A stretch of 64,000 nt of DNA, from NCBI GenBank assembly GCA_028278505.1, contig JANQEG010000142.1:3581-67580 (forward strand), written 5' to 3'. Shown here in pieces: positions 45,289-54,721 of this stretch. Position 1 is the first letter of the stretch. Every line of letters begins with the position of its first letter. The position numbers were made by a program, and so were the translations under genes. Below the pieces are notes generated by a model that had not been told where the DNA came from, searched no databases, and was given only the letters and a program-made list of their open reading frames with translations. This DNA is from Rhodobiaceae bacterium. GTDB taxonomy: Bacteria > Pseudomonadota > Alphaproteobacteria > Rhizobiales > JAKPQE01.

Positions 45289-46749
45289 TCAATTGGTATC
45301 CACTTGGCCGCCATCGACAAGCCGGCGATAGAGTTCGGAATAGACCAGGGCCGAGCGATCCCAGTTGAACATCTGCGCCATGCCGTGGAGCTGCATCTGC
45401 CGCCAATTGGCGGCGTCGGCAAAAAGCTCAAACGCGCGTTCGATGGCAAAGCCGAGCGCCTCCGCGGTCACCGGCGAGAACTGCAGGCCGGTCGCCGCGC
45501 CCTCGGCAAGTGCGGCCGGATTGGCGTCGATGACGGTATCGGCGAGCCCGCCGGTGCGGCCGACGATCGGAACGGCGCCATAGCGCAGCGCGTAGAGCTG
45601 GGTCAGCCCGCACGGCTCGAACCGCGACGGCACCAGGAGCGCATCGGCGCCAGCCTGGATCATGTGGGCGAGCCCTTCATCGTAGTCGATGCGCACCCTG
45701 ATCCGTCCGGGATGCTTGGCGGCGGCGGCGCGCAGCCCCTGCTCCAGATGGCGTTCGCCGGTGCCGATCAGGGCGAGCTGACCGCCGCGCTCCAGGATCA
45801 GCGGCAGCGACTCGAGCAGCAGGTCGATTCCCTTCTGGTGAGTTAGCCGGCTTATGACACCGAAAAGCAATGCCGAATCGTCCGCATCGAGCCCGAATGC
45901 CTCCTGCAGCGCGATCCGGTTGCGATGCCGCGGCGCCATCTTGAACCGGGAAAAACTGGCGGCAAGATGCGGGTCGGACTGCGGATCCCAGACCGCGTCG
46001 TCGATGCCGTTCAACACCCCGACGAGGCGGTCGGCGCGTTCCTGCAGGACGCCCTCCAGGCCGTGACCGAAAGCCGGCGTACGAATCTCACGGGCATAGG
46101 TCGGGCTGACCGTGGTGATCATGTCGGCATAGACGAGCGCCGCCTTCAGCGCATTGATGCGGCCCCAGAACTCGACCCCGTCGGCGCTGTACTGATCGGT
46201 TTCGAGCCGGATGTCGGCGAGCACGTCGGCGGGAAAGATGCCCTGATAGGCCATGTTGTGGATGGTCGCGACGATCGGCGGGCGCGGCGCCGAGGACTGC
46301 GCGATATAGGCGGGGACAAGCGCCGCCTGCCAGTCATGGACGTGAACGATGTCGGGGCGCCAGCGTCCGGCGCCGTGGCGCGCCAGGTGCGCGCCGACCA
46401 GGTCGAGTGCGGCGAACCGCAGATGATTGTCCGGCCAGTCGTCGCCCGCCTCGTCGACATAAGGATTGCCGGGGCGGTCATAGAGGTGCGGCGCATCGAG
46501 CGCAAATATGGTCGTGCCGTTCTCGGCGCGGCCGAGGAGAAGCGTCGCATTGCCGCCGAACAGGCCGCGGAATTCGGCGATCTTGCGCGGCTTCGACAGG
46601 CCGTCGCGCACGCCCCGATAGGCCGGCAGCAGGACCCGCGTCTGGCAGTCATGGGCGGCGAGCGCGCCCGGCAGGGCGCCGACCACATCGGCAAGCCCGC
46701 CGGTCTTGATGAGCGGATAGCATTCCGAGGCGACGAACAATATCCGCAA
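45289..46749 (-). CDS. glgA: glycogen synthase
   Basis: ORF 45289..46794. Probable TTG start at 46749 (M/LRILFVASECYPLIKTGGLADV), 2 nt after the glgC stop. Confidence 0.92.
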   Translation of the reverse strand: MRILFVASECYPLIKTGGLADVVGALPGALAAHDCQTRVLLPAYRGVRDGLSKPRKIAEFRGLFGGNATLLLGRAENGTTIFALDAPHLYDRPGNPYVDEAGDDWPDNHLRFAALDLVGAHLARHGAGRWRPDIVHVHDWQAALVPAYIAQSSAPRPPIVATIHNMAYQGIFPADVLADIRLETDQYSADGVEFWGRINALKAALVYADMITTVSPTYAREIRTPAFGHGLEGVLQERADRLVGVLNGIDDAVWDPQSDPHLAASFSRFKMAPRHRNRIALQEAFGLDADDSALLFGVISRLTHQKGIDLLLESLPLILERGGQLALIGTGERHLEQGLRAAAAKHPGRIRVRIDYDEGLAHMIQAGADALLVPSRFEPCGLTQLYALRYGAVPIVGRTGGLADTVIDANPAALAEGAATGLQFSPVTAEALGFAIERAFELFADAANWRQMQLHGMAQMFNWDRSALVYSELYRRLVDGGQVDTN

Positions 46750-46751
46750 GA

Positions 46752-48017
46752 TTACAACTCCAGACGGTCGATCATCGCCTGGGTGACCAGGCAAATGCCG
46801 TTATCGGTGCGGCGGAAGCGGCGGGCGTCGTCCTCCGGATCCTCGCCGATCACCAGTCCCGGCGGGACCTCGACGCCGCGGTCGACCACCGCCCGCCGCA
46901 CCCTGGCGCCACGATTGATGGTCGCATACGGCAAGACAACCGCATGTTCAAGCCGGCTGTAGGAGTGGGCGTGGACGCCGGTAAACAGCAGCGATTTGTC
47001 GATGTGGGCGCCGGAGATGATGCAGGCGCCCGAGACCATGGAGCTCACCGCGCTGCCGCGCCGGTCGGTTTCGTCGTGAATGAACTTCGCCGGCGGCGTG
47101 ATCTCGGCATAGGTCCAGATCGGCCAGTTCTGATCGTAGATGTCGAGTTCCGGCTCGAAATCGGTGAGATCGATATTGGCCTCCCAGAAGGCGTCGATCG
47201 TGCCGACGTCGCGCCAGTATTCGGCGGTCGTGCCTGAGCGCACGCAGGAATCGGCGAAGCGATGGGCGATCGCCTTGCCGTTCTTGACCACATGGGGGAT
47301 CAGATCCTTGCCGAAATCGTGGCTCGAATTCGGATCCTGCGCGTCGTCATGCAGCAGGCCGGCGAGGAACGGCCAGTCGAAGACATAAATGCCCATGCTC
47401 GCGAGCGCCCGCTTCGGCTTGCCGGGAATGGCCGGCGGATCGGCGGGCTTTTCGACGAATTCGATGATACGGTCGCTGGTGTCGACCTTCATCACCCCGA
47501 ATTCGGTGGCCGCGGCGCGCGGCACGTCGAGACAGGCGATCGTCACGTCGGCTTCGGAATTGACGTGCTGCTCGAGCACGCGCGCATAGTCCATCTTGTA
47601 GATGTGGTCGCCGGCGAGAATGATCAGATGGTCCGGCCGCTGGTCGTTGATGATGTCCATGTTCTGGGTCACGGCGTCGGCGGTGCCCAGATACCATCTG
47701 TCTTCGGAGATGCGTTGTGAAGCCGGCAGAATGTCGAATATTTCGTTGCGTTCGGGACGGAAGAAGTTCCAGCCCATCTGCAAATGGCGGATGAGGCTGT
47801 GGGCCTTGTACTGGGTCGCCACGCCGATCCGGCGGATGCCGGAATTGACCGCATTGGACAGCGCGAAATCGATGATCCGACTCTTGCCGCCGAAATAGAC
47901 CGCGGGCTTGGCCCGCCGGTCGGTCAACTCCTTTAGCCGACTGCCGCGCCCGCCGGCCAGGACATAGGCCATGGCGCCGCGGGTCAGGCTGGAGGGCGGT
48001 TGGGTGTCGATGGGCAT
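46752..48017 (-). CDS. glgC: glucose-1-phosphate adenylyltransferase
   Basis: 421-aa ORF with [38 protein letters not shown] and WYLGTADAV. Confidence 0.95.
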   Translation of the reverse strand: MPIDTQPPSSLTRGAMAYVLAGGRGSRLKELTDRRAKPAVYFGGKSRIIDFALSNAVNSGIRRIGVATQYKAHSLIRHLQMGWNFFRPERNEIFDILPASQRISEDRWYLGTADAVTQNMDIINDQRPDHLIILAGDHIYKMDYARVLEQHVNSEADVTIACLDVPRAAATEFGVMKVDTSDRIIEFVEKPADPPAIPGKPKRALASMGIYVFDWPFLAGLLHDDAQDPNSSHDFGKDLIPHVVKNGKAIAHRFADSCVRSGTTAEYWRDVGTIDAFWEANIDLTDFEPELDIYDQNWPIWTYAEITPPAKFIHDETDRRGSAVSSMVSGACIISGAHIDKSLLFTGVHAHSYSRLEHAVVLPYATINRGARVRRAVVDRGVEVPPGLVIGEDPEDDARRFRRTDNGICLVTQAMIDRLEL

Positions 48018-48241
48018 GGCGTTCCTCGATCCTCGTGCTCAAAACTGAAGGCCCTGCGACGCCATAGGCCGGTGACGGGATAGCGCGCAAGGGTCCGTGA
48101 CGGCGGCCATTGTTGACGATCGCGGCGGCCGGCGAAAGAGCCATTAGACGCCGCACAGTGCTCCCGCCCGAAAAATTTTCGCTCGCCAACCGCACCCGGT
48201 CGGGTCGCGGCCATGGCGACTTCTTAACAGACATTAGAACC

Positions 48242-48262
48242 TGTGAATATAATGAATTCACA
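48242..48262. promoter_or_regulatory. perfect palindrome TGTGAAT-N7-ATTCACA
   Basis: Read directly in the 600-bp glgC/arsR-family intergenic region. Confidence 0.4.
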
Positions 48263-48621
48263 CGGTTTCGGCACCCCGCCCGGGCCGCCGGGGAGACATG
48301 CCGAATGGAGCAATTCTTCCCGTAAAACCATTGCTTTACGCCGAATCGGGGCAACCGTCAGGGGGTTCGAAACCGGCTTTTTGGTCCGGCAGGGGCGTTG
48401 CTGCCGGCACAGCGGCACTCAAGGTTGGTGCGGCAAAATGTTGCGCTTTGGGCCCGCTGATCATAGAGTTTCGGAAACGTCCTTTGCCGGCGTTTTCGAA
48501 TCGGACCGTTGGCCGCGTGCGCCTGGCCGGGCTCGATCACCGACAAGCGGGGCAAGCCGCCGGCACCGGCAGACCTTTTGGTCGCCCTATAATAGGCAAG
48601 GACGATCCGAAGGAGGAGCGC

Positions 48622-48981
48622 ATGCTCGATTTCGTCGCGGATATTTTCGAACTGGAGCAGAACGCGTCCCGGGCGACGGCATTGTTGAAATCAATGGCGA
48701 ACGAACGGCGCCTGTTGATTCTCTGTCATCTTGCCAACGGCGAAAAGACGGTCGGCGAGCTCGAACGGGTTATCGGCGTCAGCCAGTCGGCGCTGTCGCA
48801 GCATCTGGCGATCCTGCGCCGCGAGGGCCTCGTCGTCACCCGGCGCTCGGCGCAATCGATCTTCTACTCGATCGCCGACGGCAAGGCGACGGCGATGATG
48901 GACACGCTCTACGACCTTTATTGCAGCACCCCCGCGGCCTCCGTCCGCAGCGGGCGCGAACTGGTTGACGCGGCCGAATAA
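48622..48981 (+). CDS. ArsR/SmtB-family transcriptional regulator with a two-Cys pattern (SqrR/BigR/YgaV-like)
   Basis: ATG 48622 preceded by AGGAGG. Contains LLILCHLANGEKTVGELERVIGVSQSALSQHLAILRREGLV. Cys35 and Cys101 by my count. Confidence 0.8.
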   Translation: MLDFVADIFELEQNASRATALLKSMANERRLLILCHLANGEKTVGELERVIGVSQSALSQHLAILRREGLVVTRRSAQSIFYSIADGKATAMMDTLYDLYCSTPAASVRSGRELVDAAE

Positions 48982-49066
48982 GCGAAACGTCGGGGCAGAC
49001 AATCGCCGGCAGACCGGGATAGCGGTCCGCCTGCGGTCGCTATCGCTGTGAACACCGCCGCAGCGA

Positions 49067-49768
49067 TCACTCTGGTAACTGCCGTGCTGACTGACGTTCC
49101 TCGCGGCCGAGCACGGAAGCCGGCGGCCGCTCGTCGCGGATGCTCGGATCATACTCGGCGGTATCGGCCGGAACGCGGTATTCGGACGGCGGCTCCACCA
49201 GCCGGCGCCGCACCGGCAGCCCGTCTTCGCCGAGTTCCGGCGTCGGATCGAGATCCTTCTTGAAGCCCCGCAGTTCCAGCGGCGACAGGCGCGGATTTAT
49301 CCGCTCCTCGTTGGCGCGCACCGAAGCCGGCAGGTCGCCGGCGCCCGGAATGCCGGCGCCCGGGCTGCGCCCGGCCTGGATTTCCTCCGGTGTGAGCCGC
49401 GCGGAAACGCGGCTGTCGGGCTCTCGCTCCAGAACCGTCTTGTTGCGTTCGGCCTCGCGCTTGGCCCGGGCGATGGCGTCGGGATCGATGGGCCAGTCCA
49501 CGTCGTTGCGCGCGGCGGCGCCGGCATCCGGCGCCGGCAGCTCGGTCGAGGGCGGGATGACCAGCGGCGAGCGCGGGCTGTAGTCGATCGGCTCGCGCCT
49601 CTCGGAAGCGCCGAAACCGAGAATGGCCGTGGCCGCATCGAGAATGCCGGAACTCGAACCGGTGTCGTCGAAGGTCTGCGCGGCGACCGGCGCGGCGAGC
49701 CCCGCCGACAGCAGCGTCGCGGCGACCAGCACCGAGGTCCGGGCCCGCGAAGATTTCGTCATTGCCAT
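49067..49768 (-). CDS. hypothetical exported Pro/Arg/Glu-rich protein
   Basis: 233-aa ORF with signal peptide MAMTKSSRARTSVLVAATLLSAGLAAPVAAQ. Low-complexity body. No family recognised. Confidence 0.6.
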   Translation of the reverse strand: MAMTKSSRARTSVLVAATLLSAGLAAPVAAQTFDDTGSSSGILDAATAILGFGASERREPIDYSPRSPLVIPPSTELPAPDAGAAARNDVDWPIDPDAIARAKREAERNKTVLEREPDSRVSARLTPEEIQAGRSPGAGIPGAGDLPASVRANEERINPRLSPLELRGFKKDLDPTPELGEDGLPVRRRLVEPPSEYRVPADTAEYDPSIRDERPPASVLGREERQSARQLPE

Positions 49769-49836
49769 GTCGCAAATCCTGTTTCCGGTTCGCGCGCCCG
49801 GCCGCGGACGCAGCGATACTCTACCGATACTAGGCC

Positions 49837-50349
49837 CTACTTTGTATTTGCGGCGTTTTTTCGGCGATCGAACACCGACTCATACAGGAGACCGATCACG
49901 CCGGCAACGATGGCGACATCGGCCACGTTGAAGACGTACCACTCGAAACCGCGCCAGTGCAGCAGAAAGAAATCGGCGACGGCGCCGTGAACGATGCGGT
50001 CGATGGCGTTGCCGAGCGCGCCGCCGATGATCAGCCCGAATGCCAGAGCGGTGATCCGGCGGGAGGTACGGGCGAGCAGAAGGCCGAGAATGATCGCCGC
50101 CGACAGTTTAACGCCGACCAGCACCCAGCGGCCGAGATCGCCGTCCTGGGGAAACAGGCCGTAGGAGATGCCGCGGTTCCACACCAGCACGAGGTCGAAA
50201 AACGGGGCGACAGCGACCCGTCCCGCCGCGGCGATGTCGAATCGCTCAAGCAGCCAGAATTTGGTCGCCTGATCGACGATGAGCACCGCCGCCGCAATAG
50301 TGAGGCCGAGACGGCTCAGCGGCCCGAGCAGGCGAAGGCCCGCGGCCAT
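49837..50349 (-). CDS. lspA: lipoprotein signal peptidase (signal peptidase II)
   Basis: 170-aa ORF with DQATKFW, NRGISYGLF, GGALGNAIDR and FNVADVAI. Confidence 0.93.
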   Translation of the reverse strand: MAAGLRLLGPLSRLGLTIAAAVLIVDQATKFWLLERFDIAAAGRVAVAPFFDLVLVWNRGISYGLFPQDGDLGRWVLVGVKLSAAIILGLLLARTSRRITALAFGLIIGGALGNAIDRIVHGAVADFFLLHWRGFEWYVFNVADVAIVAGVIGLLYESVFDRRKNAANTK

Positions 50350-50355
50350 CTCCGC

Positions 50356-53300
50356 CTACTCCGCCGCCGCCCTGGCATCGTATTCGCGCATGGCGGCTGC
50401 GTCCCGCAGCGACAGGTCGGGATAGTCGGGATCGCTTCCAACCTCCGGCAGGACCTTCCAGGAGCGGGCGCATTTGCGGCCTTCGGCGCGATCCGGCACC
50501 ACCGCGACGCCGTCGACGTCTTCGAGCCGGAACGCATCGGCCGGCCCGTCTTCCGCGATGAGTACGGCCTGGCTGGTGATCGCGATTTCGGCCAGATCGA
50601 CCCCGGCGAGCGCCGCAAGCAGCGCCTCATCGGCCACGTAGATTCGCGGCGCGGCCTCGAGCGAGGAGCCGATGCGCTTGTCGCGGCGCTCGATTTCGAG
50701 CGCGCCGGTGACGACCCGGCGCAGGCGCCTTATGTCGGCCCATTTGTCGGCCAGCGCGTCGTCGCGCCAATCGGCCGGCACGTCAGGAAAGAGCTGCAGA
50801 TGCACCGAATCGTCCTCGGACGGAAAGCGGCTGAGCCACGCCTCCTCGGCGGTGAACGGCAGCATCGGCGCGAGCCACGGGATCAGATGCGCGAACAGGC
50901 GGTCGAGCACGGTCAGGCACGCCTTGCGCTTCAAGCTCGAAATCGGATCGCAATAGAGCGCGTCCTTGCGGATGTCGAAGTAGAAGGCCGACAGGTCGAG
51001 CACCATGAAGTTCGACAGCGCCGCGGTGATGCGCTTGAAATCGAAGCCGTGATAGCCCTCGCGCACGATTGCGTCGAGTTCCGCCAGCCGGTGCAGCATC
51101 AGCCGTTCGAGCTCGGGCATGTCGGCAGGCTCGACCCGGTCCTCGGGACGGAAATGGGCGAGCGAGCCCAGCATCCAGCGGATCGTGTTGCGCAGCTTGC
51201 GATAGGCCTCGACATTGGTCTTGAGGATTTCCGGGCCGATCCGCAAATCCTCCGAATAGTCCGAGGACACCACCCAGAGCCTCAGGATATCGGCGCCGGA
51301 CTGGTTGATGACGTCCTGCGGCTTGACCTGGTTGCCGAGCGATTTCGACATTTTTCGGCCGTCCTCGGCCATCACGAAGCCATGGGTCAGCACCGCGTCA
51401 TAGGGCGCGCGGCCGCGGGTGCCGCAGCTTTCCAGGAGCGAGGAATGGAACCAGCCGCGATGCTGGTCCGAGCCCTCCAGATAAAGGTCCGCCGGCCACT
51501 TCAGATCCCACGGGCTGTCGTCTTCCAGACAGAAGGCGTGGGTGGAGCCGGAATCGAACCAGACGTCGAGAATGTCGTCGATCTTCTCCCAGTCGTTCGG
51601 GTTATCGACGATGCCCTCCAGGAAGCGCGCCTTGGCGCCATCGGCGAACCAGGCATCGGCGCCCTCAGCCTCGAAGGCGGTGCCGATGCGCGCGATAAGC
51701 TCATCTGATTTGGCGAACTTCGCGTTCGGGATCACCTCGCCGGTATCGGTGTTGACGAAGACGGTGATCGGCACGCCCCAGGCGCGCTGGCGCGACAGCA
51801 CCCAGTCGGGCCGGTGCTCGATCATCGAATAGAGCCGGCGCTGGCCGCTGGCCGGCACGAAGCGCGTGGCGCCGATGGCGTTGAGTGCGCGGGTCCGCAG
51901 CGTGTCATTGGCGCCGTCGATCGGCCGGTCCATATGCACGAACCATTGCGGCGTGTTGCGGAAGATGATCGGCTTTTTCGAACGCCAGGAATGGGGATAT
52001 TGGTGTTTTAACCGGGCCCGGCCGATCAGCGCGCCGGCGGCGACAAGCGCATCGATGACGGCCTGGTTGGCGTCGCCCTTATTGCCGTGCTCATCGATAA
52101 CGCGGGCCGCGCCGCCCGCGCGATCCGGACCGAATCCCGGCGCGTCCTTGGTAAAAAAGCCGTCGGCATCGACCGGATGCGGGATCGTCGTGTCGATGCT
52201 TAGTCTTTCCAGATATTCCTTTTTTTCCATCCAGGCGTCGAAGTCTTCCGCGCCGTGGCTCGGCGCGGTGTGGACGAAACCGGTGCCGTCCTCGTCGGTA
52301 ACGTGGTCGCCGTCGAGCAGCGGCACGTCGAAGCCATAGGGCACACTACCCTCCCCCTTGTGGGGAGGGTCGGACCGCAGGTCCGGGGTGGGGGGATTTG
52401 TTGCCTTACCCCCCTCCTGTCGCTGCGCGACATCCTCCCCCGCAAGGGGGGAGGAGGGGGGCCATCCCGCCAGCGGATGGGCGCAGGTCAGGGCCGCCAA
52501 TTCCTCGGGCGCTACATCGCGAACGAATATATAGCCATCTTCCTCTATTCGCGCGGCCGCCATCACTTGCTTAGCAAGTGTTTTGGCCAGCAGATAAGTT
52601 TCACCCGTCTTTGCCCAATTGTCCGCCGGCGCGGCCGTCACCTTGTAGAGTCCGTAGCGGATCTTCGAGGAAAAGCTGATCGCCCGGTTGCCGGGAATCG
52701 TCCACGGCGTCGTCGTCCAGATGACAACATGAGCGTCCCAAAGTTCGTATGCGCTGTGACCTGGCCCCTGATTGAATGCGTCAACTGAACCAACAACTGG
52801 GTGCATTTTTCTTTGAATGGGGAACTTCACGAACACCGTATCCGACTGATAGTCCAGATACTCGACCTCGGCCTCGGCCAGCGCGGTGTGTTCGACCACC
52901 GACCACATCACCGGCTTGGAGCCGCGGTAGAGCTGGCCGGTCATGGCGAACTTCATCAGTTCGCGGGCGATCTTCGCCTCGGCCTTGAACGTCATCGTCG
53001 TATACGGCTTTTCGAAATCGCCCTCGACGCCGAGACGGCGGAATTCCTCCGTCTGCACCTTGATCCAGTGCTCGGCGAATTCACGGCATTCGCGGCGGAA
53101 ATCGTTGATCGGCACCTGCCGCTTGTCCCGGCCCTTGGCGCGATAGTCCTCCTCGATCTTCCATTCGATCGGCAGGCCGTGGCAGTCCCAGCCGGGCACG
53201 TAGTCGGAATCGTAGCCCAGCATCTGCATCGACCTTGTGATCACGTCCTTCAGCACCTTGTTCAGTGCGGTGCCGATATGGATGTGGCCGTTGGCGTAAG

Positions 53301-53499
53301 GCGGGCCGTCATGGAGCACGTATTTCTCACGGCCCTTGGCCGCCTCGCGCAGCCGCTTGTACATGCCGAGACTGTCCCAGCGGGCGATGAATTCCGGCTC
53401 GCGCTTGGGCAGGCCGGCGCGCATCGGGAATTCGGTTTTCGGCAGGAAGAGCGTCGTCGAATAGTCGCGCCCTTCGCTCGTCTTGGTGTTTTCGCTCAT
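50356..53499 (-). CDS. ileS: isoleucine--tRNA ligase (with an apparent ~40-aa insertion in the CP1/editing region)
   Basis: 1047-aa ORF with [16 protein letters not shown] (HIGH) and KMSKS (RKMSKSLGN). Confidence 0.96.
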   Translation of the reverse strand: MSENTKTSEGRDYSTTLFLPKTEFPMRAGLPKREPEFIARWDSLGMYKRLREAAKGREKYVLHDGPPYANGHIHIGTALNKVLKDVITRSMQMLGYDSDYVPGWDCHGLPIEWKIEEDYRAKGRDKRQVPINDFRRECREFAEHWIKVQTEEFRRLGVEGDFEKPYTTMTFKAEAKIARELMKFAMTGQLYRGSKPVMWSVVEHTALAEAEVEYLDYQSDTVFVKFPIQRKMHPVVGSVDAFNQGPGHSAYELWDAHVVIWTTTPWTIPGNRAISFSSKIRYGLYKVTAAPADNWAKTGETYLLAKTLAKQVMAAARIEEDGYIFVRDVAPEELAALTCAHPLAGWPPSSPLAGEDVAQRQEGGKATNPPTPDLRSDPPHKGEGSVPYGFDVPLLDGDHVTDEDGTGFVHTAPSHGAEDFDAWMEKKEYLERLSIDTTIPHPVDADGFFTKDAPGFGPDRAGGAARVIDEHGNKGDANQAVIDALVAAGALIGRARLKHQYPHSWRSKKPIIFRNTPQWFVHMDRPIDGANDTLRTRALNAIGATRFVPASGQRRLYSMIEHRPDWVLSRQRAWGVPITVFVNTDTGEVIPNAKFAKSDELIARIGTAFEAEGADAWFADGAKARFLEGIVDNPNDWEKIDDILDVWFDSGSTHAFCLEDDSPWDLKWPADLYLEGSDQHRGWFHSSLLESCGTRGRAPYDAVLTHGFVMAEDGRKMSKSLGNQVKPQDVINQSGADILRLWVVSSDYSEDLRIGPEILKTNVEAYRKLRNTIRWMLGSLAHFRPEDRVEPADMPELERLMLHRLAELDAIVREGYHGFDFKRITAALSNFMVLDLSAFYFDIRKDALYCDPISSLKRKACLTVLDRLFAHLIPWLAPMLPFTAEEAWLSRFPSEDDSVHLQLFPDVPADWRDDALADKWADIRRLRRVVTGALEIERRDKRIGSSLEAAPRIYVADEALLAALAGVDLAEIAITSQAVLIAEDGPADAFRLEDVDGVAVVPDRAEGRKCARSWKVLPEVGSDPDYPDLSLRDAAAMREYDARAAAE
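52344..52467. repeat. multi-hairpin repeat element embedded in frame in ileS
   Basis: Hairpins CCCTCCCC-N5-GGGGAGGG (52349..52369), CGGACC-GCA-GGTCCG (52371..52385) and TCCTCCCCC-N5-GGGGGAGGA (52433..52455), plus G6/C6 runs. Confidence 0.7.
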
Positions 53500-53783
53500 C
53501 GATCGTTTCCGGGCTCATCGCCGCGTATCGGACACGGCGGGCAAAACTTCCTTCGATACTGGAACTTGGCGGTCCGGCGGCGGCGAGGCCGCTGTCCCCG
53601 ATCGGTCAGTCCCGGCGCTTCGCGTCACGGGCGCCAGCACGCCCCGGCCTTACGCGAAGGCCGGGCCGGTAATTCGACGATGGCGCGTGGTCGCTGTCAT
53701 TTCGGTTCCGATCGAAAAACTCGCGCCGCTTTCTAGCAGTCTCGCGACGGCTTCGAAAGGGGCAAAGCAGCCGCAACCGCATC

Positions 53784-54716
53784 TCATGCGACGGGCTTCG
53801 GCGCGGCCCGTTGCTCGCGGTAGAGGATAAAGAGGCCCGAGCCGACGATGAGCGCGACGCCGAGCCAGGTCAACGGGGCGGGAAAATCGTCGAAGACGAA
53901 ATAGCCGAGCAGGGTCGCGGAGACGATTTCCAGATAGCCGAGCGGCGCCAGCACCGAGGACGGCGCCCGCGCAAAGGCGAGCACCAGCAGCAGATGGCAG
54001 GCAAAGCCGATCGCACCGACGCCGAGCAGCATGACGAGATCGACCACCATCGGCATCCGCGCGACCTGGCCTTCAATGCCGAGAAAGGTGGTCAGCGCCA
54101 AGAGGCCGCCCAGGATCACGCTGCCGTGCAGGCCGGTGCCGAACATCAGCGTCAGCGCCGATGCGGTGCCGGCGAGGAACCGGGTCAGCAGCAGATAGGC
54201 GGCGATGAAGACCGCGGTGCCGAGCGGCAGCAGCGCGCGCGGGCCGAACACGTCGACGCCGGGCTGGACGATCAGAAGCGCGCCGAGAAAGCCGATCAGC
54301 ACCGCGCTCCAGCGGCGCAGCCCGACCCGCTCGCCAAGCACGGTCGCCGACAGCGCGGTCAGGACCATCGGCTGGATGAAGTAGATCGCCAGCGCATCGG
54401 CGATCGGCATGACCTTGATCGCGGCAAAGAAGAACAGAATGGCGAACGCCAGGCAGGTGCTGCGCAGAAGGTGGAGGCCGAACCGGTCGGGCAGGATTTC
54501 GATCCGCTGGCCGAGCAGCCAGGCGGTCAGAAGCGCGAGCACGGTCTGGATCAGGCTGCGGGCGAAGGTGATTTCGAGCGCCGGCATCGTCTGGCCGAGG
54601 ATCTTGGCCAGCGTATCCATCGTCGGGACGACGAGCATGGCTGCGACCATCGCCGCAATGCCCGCCGGGGCGGTCATCGGCAGCAGCGCGCTGGTGTCGA
54701 AAGGGCGCGGCGGCAT
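53784..54716 (-). CDS. DMT-superfamily (EamA-like) transporter
   Basis: 310-aa polytopic ORF with two EamA-like halves. Confidence 0.8.
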   Translation of the reverse strand: MPPRPFDTSALLPMTAPAGIAAMVAAMLVVPTMDTLAKILGQTMPALEITFARSLIQTVLALLTAWLLGQRIEILPDRFGLHLLRSTCLAFAILFFFAAIKVMPIADALAIYFIQPMVLTALSATVLGERVGLRRWSAVLIGFLGALLIVQPGVDVFGPRALLPLGTAVFIAAYLLLTRFLAGTASALTLMFGTGLHGSVILGGLLALTTFLGIEGQVARMPMVVDLVMLLGVGAIGFACHLLLVLAFARAPSSVLAPLGYLEIVSATLLGYFVFDDFPAPLTWLGVALIVGSGLFILYREQRAAPKPVA

Positions 54717-54721
54717 GTCCG

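Noticed and set aside
48355-48385. tRNA-like T-arm string GGGGGTTCGAAACCGG
   Set aside because: The flanking bases do not form an acceptor, D or anticodon stem, so no cloverleaf can be drawn. I found no tRNA or rRNA gene anywhere in the window.
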